Positions 36,801 through 48,800 of a stretch of DNA of 64,000 bases are shown here, in pieces. Within the stretch, counting starts at the first letter, position 1. The number at the start of each line of letters is the position of its first letter. The notes beneath the pieces were generated by a model. That model was not told the origin of the DNA, did no database searches, and worked only from the letters and a program-made list of their open reading frames with translations. This DNA is from Bugula neritina (taxonomy: Eukaryota > Animalia > Bryozoa), in contig OZ037773.1 in NCBI GenBank assembly GCA_964035545.1, positions 525,751 through 589,750 on the forward strand, given 5' to 3'. The position numbers and the translations under genes were made by a program.

Positions 36801-39800
36801 CTTCACATCTCCTATAGGTGCCACATCTGCAATGAATTGCTTAAGTGCAGTGGTGGCATCACTTTTGTGGCGTATATTGTAGGTGAACAACATACTGGAA
36901 AATTCATCTATGAAGTTTATTATGTAGTTTTGTCCTCCTCTAGCAGTTGGTGTGATGGGTCCGCATAAGTGAGAGTGTACACGTTGTAGAGGCTGTGTAG
37001 CTAGTTCAGGTTTATCGTCTTGTTTGTGAGGTTGTTTGGTGATTTTACTTTCGTCACATGTCTTGCATGCAATTTTTAATTTTGCTCCAGTTATGGTCAT
37101 ACCTGTTGTCACTTTCTCCAGCTCAATTATGTCATTGGTGTTCATATGACCCAGTGCCCTGTGCCAATCGGGCAGCGATTTTGCGGTGTTTATTGAGTCA
37201 CCTGTATGGGTTGTCTTGAGGAAGTACAATCTGCCTTTGGGCATAATTGGAAAAGTTGTCTTGTCGACTGTCAGTATATTTTTCTCTCTAGAGAAATGTA
37301 CTTTTGCCCCTTTTTGTGTGGCGGCGTGGACTGAAAATAGGCTTGTTGGTATTGTTGGTGCTAGCAAAGCGTCTTTTAGATGAATCTGCTGCTCCATATT
37401 GTTGTCATCAGTAATAGTAAACTGTGCTGTGCCTTTGGCTACAGCCAGCTTGTTTGTTTTGCGACCATCTGCCATCTCTATGTAGTGGTTCTCAGGCGTG
37501 AAGCTCTTATCAAAACTAATGAAGTTGTTCTCATTGTTCACCAGATGACTTGTCGCTCCGCAGTCCACCATAAGCAACTGTCCTCCTTGAGATTTATTTT
37601 GTGTGGCTATGTTGCATTGGTTTGATGTATTCACAGTGAAGGCATATGTGGCATTTGCCGATGAAATTTCAGTTTTACTTGTCTTCTTCTTTGTCCAGCA
37701 AACTGATTCGATATGTCCAGCTTTCTTGCAGTAGTTACAAAATAGTTTGTGCTTTGAGTAACAATCTGTTGAAGAATGATTGCTTTTACCACAAGCAGTG
37801 CATTGTTTATCACGTTTGCTAGTGGGTTTGAAATTGTCTCTTCCTTTAAATACCATGGCTGTAGATTGAGAGCACCTTGCCGACTCAGTAAGGTCAAAGT
37901 TGGTTAGAGCTGCTTTGAACTCTGATAGGGTTTGGTTTTTGTCAAGTTGCGTATGTACTACAACAAAAGGCTGGTAGGATGTTGGTAATCCTTTCATAAT
38001 CATTGCGATCACCAAATTGTCACTAATATTTTCCCCAGCAGACTTGAGGCCTGCTGAGTAGTTCTCAGCACGAATCAGGTAATCTGTAATGTCTTCTGTA
38101 TCATTCATTTTTACAGTTGTAAGTTGTTCATAAAGAGTTAATACTCTAGGCTTTTGTGTACTTGCATAGTGTTCTTTTAGAATTTTGAATGCTTTTCTTC
38201 CATCGTCTTTGGCATCTCTCATCACAAGTTGAAGAGACTTTTCGTCTAAAACTTGTACAAGCTCAGCGTAAGCTCGCTTATTCTTTTTGTTGAAGTCAGC
38301 AGCGTTATCTTCTCCTTCTTCTTTGGGTAGAAGTGCGGTGTGTACTCCTTCATCTTGTGTGTACAAGTATGAAGTGAATCTTGTTTCCCAAATTGAGAAA
38401 TTGTTTGAATCACCATCAAAGAGAAGCCTGTGTTTGAAGCCACTGGGCCCATAACCTGTTGAATGTGTGGCCATTGTGTATAGTATTTATTATGAAATAC
38501 GTTATTGATTGCTGATTTAAATTATCGAGCAAATTGACTGACTGATTTAATTATTTGATAATAAAATATTTATTAGAATGAAAAACAGCGTGGTGGTTTT
38601 GTATAATATGAAACGGAAGAGAAGGTAAACAAGTATACAGCGATTCTAGTAAAGCAATTAGTTAGCATATTGTCACGTGATTGTCATGAATGTGATTAGC
38701 GATAGGATCGCATGATTGTTTCTCAACAGTTTGTAGTTATGTAACTTTTTCTTTAAGTTTATCTATTCAGATTTTAGTATAAATTTTTTAATCATCATAA
38801 TGATAATCAGATCATAATGAAATCGATATCATTATTAATAACTTAAAGTCAAACTATAAGTATAATAACTATAAGAATAATCACTATGATTAATACTATT
38901 ATCAAATTCAATATCATTATAATTGCCATTATAATCATTATTATTATAGTGATTATTATTATTATTATTTTGTAATTGATTATTGATATCGTAATATAGT
39001 CATATACTGTTAGTGTTACTGTTAGTGTTACTGTTAGTGATACTGTACTACGTCTACGACTACTGTATACCAATACAATTAAGAATTATTATCATTATGA
39101 TTATGACTAATTTAAATTACTACTAGTACTATTAGTACTATTAGTGCTAGTACTATTATTAGTGTTAAATTTGATATTACTATGAGTAGGACTATGACTA
39201 TGACTATTGGCAATCACAATAGAATGAGTATTACATTTACTATCACAGTATCACTATCAGTATGAATATGACTATGACAAAAATAAACTTTAGGGCGAGG
39301 CTAAAGTACAATACATTAAAGTGAAAATAATAAATGTTTTGATTTACTTTTCGTTGAGCATTAAATCGAAATTAATCATTAAATTAAAATTTAATAATTC
39401 ATTATCACAAATTTGTTATGATTCTCATTACGAATATCAATGCACTAGAAGTGAAAATAGAACTAAAGTAAATATCTATAAGTAACTGTAAAGTGTGATA
39501 CTTATTAATAGTGATAGTTATACTCATACTTATGCTAAGTTTTAATTTAATATTTTATAGTAATACTAATAGTAAATAAACATTAATAAGTTATGAATGT
39601 GTATATGTATTATATAAATATAGTTTGATGGTTATGATTATAATAATACTTTATTTATGTTTTTAATTAATAATATAATCATGATTATAATATTTATAAT
39701 CATGTTATCATTAAAATTATAATTACTTAGTAATGAATATATATGATAGTATTAGTATAAGTATATAATCATTACTTGCTATCTATAAATATATCCCACT

Positions 39801-42800
39801 ACCTGAACAGGACAAAGCCAAGATAGGCGAGGATATATAAATATAGCGACCTTTTTAATTTATTTAGCAAATTGAAATGTCAAAATTCACATTCGTAATT
39901 AGTATTCTTTTAAATACGAGTAAATTAAAAATAACTTTCCATTTGGCTTAAATTGTAAATACTAAATAGATTGAGTTTTTTATCTTATTTTCAATGATTA
40001 AATGATTTTTTCAATGATTAAATGAATTATCAAGTTTTATTGTGACTCTTATAATAGAGATAGTATACCAACAGTTTAGTAGTTCTTATTAATGTAATAC
40101 TTTATAACATAATTTAAGGGTATTAGTAAACTAGCTACTACCTCTTATTGACTAATAGGTTATTGTTATTTCTAATAGTAATAAATGTGTTCTCATATTC
40201 ATTCTGCATGTGGTTATAGTAATTACTATAACTAGAGCTGTTGCTAAAGTAAATATAGAGCTACTAAATATTACCATCGTATTCTACTATCTTGAGTGAT
40301 ACATTTAATAATGTATGAGTGTGACTAGTGAGTCTAGTGCTAGGTATACTCAAGTCTGATGATTTGAGACTGGTTTGTAAGCTTAGTTATTAGATCAGTA
40401 TATGAGTATATACATCAACATTGCTATAAGTAAGTATACATATAAATTAGTTAATGGCATGCTGCTGTTCTTTGTCATCTTGTTTAGAGATTAAATATGA
40501 TACTGAGGTGGAGTAAAATGAAAATGCTCAATTATTCAATTACATTTATATGTTTTTATACCCGAAAAACCCTTTAATTATAAAAGGTAATACCAGAAGG
40601 GTTTTCAAAGTTTTGCTTCAGGCATCTTTTATTGCATTTGCAAAACAATGACTCGTTCTTCTGAACATGGTGAATCAGGTGACGTCTAGTTGTGAAATAT
40701 TTGGCAATATTAGCTGTTAGCAGGTGATGCAGACCAACTTATCTTTAATAGTGATTGTCAATAAAAAGTAGCTTCAGTGTAGGAACATATGACCAGTATA
40801 GGCAGGATAGGTGTCAGAATCACTATGTTGCCCACCTTTGCATTATTTGAATAGATTTTTTATTTGATGTTTGTAAACAGTTGCATTGAATGAAGCCACA
40901 ATCATAAGTTCATGAAAACGGAAGCCACAAATTTCTCTTAGAGTGTCCATTTGCATAATACGAAGTCAGGGAAACCAGTGAAAGTAAACATTGATATTGA
41001 AGTTTGTTCATTTCATTTCTGGTTTTAATTAACATTAGCATGCAATTGATCATAATTTATATTCTCAATAAATATAGCATGTCTTATCTGATTTCACTCA
41101 ATTTACTTTATGGCTTTAGAAAAACCGGAATGGCCTTGTGTTTGGTGTGCCTCTGTCTTCTATGGACTCCATCGAGGATCCAAACATAGGACATGTACCA
41201 AAGTAAGTGTCTGCTGCTGCTGCTGCTGCTGTACTGCAACCCCTTTCGCTCATAGTTACTACATAAAGTGTGCAGAGTAATGAACTGAGCAGTAGTAAAG
41301 TTACTTGATTCAAAGCTGTGTCAATGTTGTACGGAATATGGAGTGACTGGACCGAGTAGCGTGGAGTTATGCATCCTTTACAATATAGAGTTGTTATCTT
41401 GAAGTGTCTTCTGCTAATTAAGAGTTATATTTTTATTGTAAAACACAAGAATCTCATGTTATAGGGAAGTATTGGTTTTTTTTGGGTATTTCTGTCCTTG
41501 GACGTTTTTCAGACTGAAGGTTGGAATCAGTTATCTGCAAGCTCTTTGATGGTACAAAAAGTGGACTCTCAGGTGTATCATGTATCAACATGTGTTTTAT
41601 TTATCAACATGCATATTTTAATACTAAACAGGTTTTTGGCCAACATAAGGCAGTACCTGTCTGCCCACCTGGATAAAGAAGGACTGTTCCGGAAGACAGG
41701 CTCTGTGGCGCGTCAAAAGGATCTGGTTGTGAGTTGTCTCCCCTTGTCTAGTCAATGTTATTGTGTGTAGCTGCTATGTACTTGATAATAGTGGCTAAGG
41801 CAGTCCATGTCAAACAGCTTTAGTACTTATAAATTTATCTATTGTTTTTCAAATTGTTTTAATAAACCTTACCAGTTGATGCTATAGTCTATTATATTAC
41901 ATTGTATTATAAGATTAATAGTCATCTAATATTAGTAATTTTGTAATATAGCGTGTTATGGGTTTTGTTAGCATTTTTGCGTTTCTATGTTGTTTCTACT
42001 GTTGCGTATGTTATAGCAATATATAGAGGAGAGCGAGGGAAAAATCAGAGAGGACTCTCAGGTGTATGATGTCACCAGCGTCATTAAACAGTTCTTCAGA
42101 GAATTGCCTGAACCCCTAATTCCTTACATCCTGCAGGTGCTGTCTTTGTCTTGAATCTCCCACCCAATTAGTTTTCATATGCTCTTGTAAACGTTTCAAC
42201 AGTTGCAATTACACGGGTGTTACTTGTGCAGTGATTAGGTGTAAGCAGCAGTAAGTCACCATCTGTTTCTCTGCAACTCTCTCTTTAGCCAAACACTCAA
42301 GTAGAGCATCATACATTCAAGAGTTTAACCTGTAGAGCTCTGTCAACCATTCTATCATTACTAGAGTCTGACTAGAGCTCTGTGACTTGAAATAATCCAT
42401 CTGTTAGATATATGTAATGATGAAAGCATTAACATCAGCTTCCTTCATGAAGTGGTGATCCGCTGTATCGTGTTGAATAGTTTCTCTAGCTTCTGACATC
42501 AGTGGAATGAATGTGGAAAACCGCTTGGTCAACAACTTATAGTTGGGGAAAGGGACGACAACTCCAAACAGAAATAAAACTAATCATTGTGATACTAGTA
42601 CTTATACTTGTGTGCCTCTTAATGTAACAGTGAGAGTTGTGCTGCAGTGGACATGATTTCTCTGCAGGAAGCGTTTGTGCAGGCCGCCCAGCTGTCGTCT
42701 GCAGACAGCAAGGTCTACTCTCTCAACTTGCTCTGTCTGCTGCTACCCCCTTCCCATCTCTCTGTGTTCCGCTATGTTCTGGAGATACTCTCTGACGTGT

Positions 42801-45800
42801 CCAGCAACTGGCAGGTACTGAGCACTGTGATGTCATTTTCTCTCTTCAGCTGATTCTTTCATCTGTTGTTCAAGTTTTGTTATAGATTCAAGTCTGTTGG
42901 TGTCTTTATAGTAATATGACAATGGAGATGTTGAGTCACCACTCTGTGTCCACCAGAGTCGTGACTCAACACGCAGAATACACAACTGCTGAGGATAGGC
43001 AATAAGTTCTTATAGCTTGAGGGAATGTTGTATCTTGTGCTTTTCAGCAAGTGAAAATAATTGTCACCTAAACAGTTGAATGAGTAGAATTGTTGTCGTT
43101 TAAATTCAGGTGAATAAGATGACGGCCCACAACATAGCTGTGTGTCTCACTCCTAACCTTTACCACTCCAAACCCAACTGTAAGCAGATCCAGTTGCAGA
43201 CAGAGACTGTGGAGATCTGTATCGACAACGTCATCAACATAGGTCAGCATTTCCTCTCGTCACTCCCTGTATCATTACACCACTGTGTACCTTAGCAACT
43301 ACCCCCTGTATCATTACACTACTGTATACCTTAGCAACTACCCCCTGTATCATTACACCACTGTGTACCTTAGCAACTACCTCCTGTATCATTACACCAC
43401 TGTATACCTTAGCAACTACCCCCTGTATCATTACACTACTGTATAGCTTAGCAACTACCCCCTGTATCATTACACCACTGTATAGCTTAGCAACTACCCC
43501 CTGTGTCATTACACCACTGTATAGCTTAGCAACTACCCCCTGTATCATTACACCACTGTATACCTTAGCAACTACCCCCTGTATCATTACACCACTGTGT
43601 GTCTGTGTGAACTACTACAGTGAAATAGCTTGACTTAGATGTATACTAGATAAACCGTTTTCCTGTAGCATGTGGTACTCAAACATGAGTTTGTCTTTTA
43701 CTTTTCATAGTAGTTTGAAGGGAGTAACCCCCACTGTCATACTACAGTGAAGTGACCCCCACTGTAGTATGATTACAGTGGGGGTTACTTATAACCAACA
43801 AGATGGACCAATTGACAAACCCCACACTCCCTGCTGGGATTTAAACCCCTGACCCAGTGCCTACGTGGTCAACACTTGATATTCTCTGGTTGTTCTCATG
43901 TTGATAAGATTTGTCTCCCCACTGTGTATGTTATGGTATACTAACAGGAGTTGTTCCCCCGTCGATTATGGAGAAAGTTGTGATGCTGAAGTCACTGGAA
44001 GACCACCAGCTGAGTAACTCGTCTGCTTTGGACCAATCAGCAGGAAGTGGTTCCGTGTCACTTCGGCGGAAGAAGCGTAGCGGGTCTCTTCAGGGTAAAC
44101 CTACACTAGACTATATTGTATATACTATACACTAGACTATATTGTATATACTATACACTAGACTATATTGTATATACTATACACTAGACTATATTGTATA
44201 TACTATACACTAGACTATATTGTATATACTATACACTAGACTATATTGTATATACTATATACTAGACTATATTGTATATACTATACACTAGACTATACTA
44301 GACTATACACTAGACTATACTAGACTATATAGTATATACTATACACTAGACTATATTGTATATACTATACACTAGACTATATAGTATATACTATACACTA
44401 GACTATATTGTATATACTATACACTAGACTATATTGTATATACTATACACTAGACTATATTGTATATACTATACACTAGACTATATTGTATATACTATAC
44501 ACTAGACTATATTGTATATACTATACACTAGACTATATTGTATATACTATACACTAGACTATATTGTATATACTATACACTAGACTATATTGTATATACT
44601 ATACACTAGACTATATTGTATATACTATACACTAGACTATATAGTATATACTATACACTAGACTATATTGTATATACTATACACTAGACTATATTGTATA
44701 TACTATACACTAGACTATATTGTATATACTATACACTAGACTATATTGTATATACTATACACTAGACTATATTGTATATACTATACACTAGACTATATTG
44801 TATATACTATACACTAGACTATATTGTATATACTATACACTAGACTATATTGTATATACTATACACTAGACTATATTGTATATACTATACACTAGACTAT
44901 ATTGTATATACTATACACTAGACTATATTGTATATACTATATACTAGACTATATTGTATATACTATACACTAGACTATATTGTATATACTATACACTAGA
45001 CTATATTGTATATACTATATTATTCACTATACTATTCACTATACTATATACTATCCCACTCTACTTAGCACTATACTATGCACTACACACTATACTACAC
45101 TATACACTACAGACTATACTATATGGTGTGTATTATACTGTAGATTATATGGTATATTATACTTGATAATGTTTCTGCTCTGTGTTATCACAAGATGTAA
45201 TTTATTATCTTGACAAACATTACCAAATAACAAGTAACTAACTTATCCCAACATCCTGCGAGAGTTAATATTCCCCTGCTATGAGTTGTGTCTGTTGTTG
45301 CCGTAGGGCTGAAGGATACAGGTATTTATACAGCATCAGCTGCTCCTACTAATATTACACTTCACTAGATATACTGCATTAGCTTGTCAACACTTCATAC
45401 AGGCTGGCAGGTGCTGACAGGTGGTTCTGTTTGTAGTCTAGAATATTTCATAAACTTCTTTGAGTTTTCAACTGATTCCAGTTTTGGATCTGAGTAGGAT
45501 ACAGGGTAGTATACTAAGTAATGTACTGATTGATATAACACCAACTCATTATCTACATCAAGCTAATCTTAGTCCTTTTGAAGTTGTGCTCTCATATTGC
45601 AATTCAAAATTGTAATAACGATCTGCTTTCATGAATTTCTTGCTACAAAATTTTCACCTCACTACATTGCAGTCCTATGTAATCCGGGATATTTATAGTT
45701 CGAAGTTGTCCCCGCCTATTGAAATGCAGAGAGAGCTTTGTTAACTTGCAGATGTTAACTCATCAGCAGTCTAATAAAACTTGTCTTATTGTTCTAATAA

Positions 45801-48800
45801 GTTGAAATATTGTTTCAATTTCTGTTTTATTTATCTTTTTATTGGATGTTTCTAACTGTAAGAACTGTGGACAACTCTGTACTTTCAACATGTACATTAA
45901 GATGTAACTAATAGTATATTGGTAGTGTGTGTATTTCTAGTATACTAACAAACATGATGAATAATATATACACATATCCACATATATAATGATATTCTTT
46001 CGACGTTTTATTTCCTCTGTTATATAATTCCGCTATATTTTACTTGCTTGTGTTGACAGGGCTTGTGGGTAGCATACGGAGGAGTGTATCCAAGCTGAAA
46101 AACAAGACGTCGCGTCGTTCCTCGTCCGTGCCAACAGATCTTGACAAGCTGCAACATGTGTTTGATGATGCGATGCCACACCATGTGCCTTCAGGTGCTG
46201 CCGATGGCAAAACGGACAGTGGTAACTGCGCAACGCCTCTGATTATGCACAGATTCCAGAATAGAGATTGTGTCGGCATTTCTGCAGACAAACGGTCAGT
46301 CTTTTTGTGTGTCTCTCTGCACGAGTTTGTCTGTCCGTGTGTCTCTCTGCATGAGTCTGTCCGTGTGTCGCAGTGCACAGGTGCAGTTGGACGCAGGCAA
46401 ATATCAATGTATTGTAATACCTTTTTGTAGGAGAGCCATGATGGGCAGGTCCGGGCTGCAGGGACTCCCCCCGTTAGGGATCAATGTCTCCTCCCAAGAC
46501 TCAGGCTAGTATTACTGAGTATTTGCTATGTCGCCCAGCTTACAGTGTGTTATAGTAACGTAGTATTACTTACCACTACAGTATATGTATGATATTGTAG
46601 TAGTCACATACGACAGTATATGCCAACCAGCGCACACCAATGAGCTCTCACTCAACTCTCCTAAAACAGATGCCAGTAGAATCACCACACCAACGAAGAG
46701 GTCATCTTGGAGCGGCCTAAGGAGTCCTTTTTCTAAGCGAAAGAGGTTGTTGTTTATTAAATGCTTCTTTTCCAAGTTTATTATTCGACTTGGCGGAGTA
46801 GAAGCCTTTCTCATTCAATTAGTTTGTTGTTTACTTGCTGTCTGTCTGTGTGTCCAGGAGTGCGTCTGCTGGCCCCACTTTCTCGCCCAACGCATCCAAG
46901 CTGTCCAAATCATCCAGCAAGACTAAGAAACTCATCCGAAGACTTAGCGGGGGTAAAAGAAAGACTCCGGTAAGTACAGCTTCCCGCTATTGTGGTACTC
47001 GGGCCTCTCGGTGTTACCCTGTTTCCTCAAAGGTCTGTTTGTTGTGCAAAATATTTTAAAGCTGAATACCTTTCTCAGTTGCAATTGTTTGCCTCACTAG
47101 GATTATTGGGAGTTGTTTCATCTTCCTGGTGTTTTCTGAGTGAAAGTTTATGTGAGTGATTTTCGTCAAGTATGCATCGTGGTAGATGGAGCTTTTCAAT
47201 AATATTTTCCCCTCATACGTCGCAGAACCTCATCTCATAAGAGCTCTTTGTGCTAGGTTGAATCAGTAACTTCCTTTTCCTCTCACCACCATATCCTGGG
47301 CGGGTGGTGGGAGTAACTCCCCTTTTAGTGTAAATATTTCTAATTGACATGATATCCCAATAAGTGTTTCTCAAAGTGATGTGTCTCACTCAATTTGACT
47401 TAAACTCACCATATGACAGCCTGTGTAACTTCTCTCTTTCTCATTTAGCCTGTGTACCTTCTCTCTTTCTCATTTAGCCTGTGTACCTTCTCTCTTTCTC
47501 ATTTAGCCTGTGTACCTTTTCTCTTTCTCATTTAGCCTGTGTACCTTCTCTCTTTCTCATTTAGCCTGTGTACTTTCTCTCTCTCATTTAGCCTGTGTAC
47601 CTTCTCTCTTTCTCATATCTTACTGACAAGGTATATTACTTCTGTCTTCAAAACTCACTCTTTCCTGTTCAACTGTTTGATTCTGTTTTATATTTCTTAC
47701 TAGGTTTTCAATGTTCAACAAAACTGTCAAAGTTTTTTTAAAAAATGTTTCAAGTTTGAGTTTTTATAGATAGTATTCCAGTCTGGAAATATTTCAACTG
47801 AACACCATACCGTGAAGTTAACCTCTAACTTGTACACTCTGACTCGACATATAATTCTCCTTTATGTTATACTCAATTGATATATGTCTAATGTCTTAAG
47901 GATATGATTGGGCAAAGACTGGCGTTTGACAATGAAGATGATGTGGCAGACGTAAGACAAAGGATGCCGTCTGCGCCTCCAGCTTTCAGGATTAACTCAG
48001 GTGACCTGTGCTAGAATGTAGCGTTGTTGAGTAACACTATGTATAGTATTGTTATTACAGAGTGGCACTCTATGTAGTATTCTTGTTTTAAAGTAACACA
48101 TTCTGTCCTGATTGAAAAGCTTTCCTGAAAACTGTTAATTTCTAAATTTTAATGTAGTCTAATCCCAAATTATGCATTTTACACTTGAGAGATCTGGTAA
48201 CTGCACTGTAGCTCCTCCTTAGCCACTGTGTATACGTACTTGTTAATCAGTCGCATCTAGTATAGTATATACACTTGCACTCTTGTAGACTGTGGTGTTA
48301 GAGACAATGCGAGGTGTGAGGAATTGTCTCCTCCTGGCGGAGAACAGGTTCGTACTGATAACTCTTACTGCTAGGATTAGAGCATTCTGTTTATCCATCT
48401 GCCCATAGAGCGTTGAGACTTATGCAGTAGAATACTTTGTGTCAAATACCAAAACTGCAACTTTCTGTGCTAGTAAATGGCTTTAATTTTGCTTGTTTAT
48501 GAGTGGAGGGGGGTTAGAATGCCAGAATGCTAGAATCCCCCACTCCCTCGTAAGTTAGCTGTGACTCTGTATTACAGGAGTTGAAGGTGGAGCATGTATC
48601 AAGAAGCAGAAGTAAGAGATCTCGTTCAGTGAGAGCTCGAGCTAGGTCAGCTGATACAAGGTAACGATATGACATGTGTGCTAAGGGAATACCGCTCCTC
48701 ACAGACACATCGCTAGCGTGTAATACAATATCTATTGCATGTTGCTCAGTCTACTTTGAGATGATATTATTCTGATTATCCAGTGTTCTTGTTCAACGCA

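Larger units (their letters stand above)
34089..38728 (-). mobile_element. Full-length Ty1/copia LTR retrotransposon (4640 bp), antisense in ARHGAP11 intron 1
   Basis: 272-bp TG...CA LTRs (34089-34360 and 38457-38728) with one mismatch. 5-bp TSD GTTTG (34084-34088 and 38729-38733). PBS GGTTATGGGCCCAG next to the 5' LTR; PPT GAGGGGGCG before the 3' LTR; single gag-pol ORF. Confidence 0.98.

Noticed and set aside
43800-43880. tRNA-like B box on the minus strand (ggtttaaatccc)
   Set aside because: No cloverleaf. At most a SINE remnant, and too short to call.
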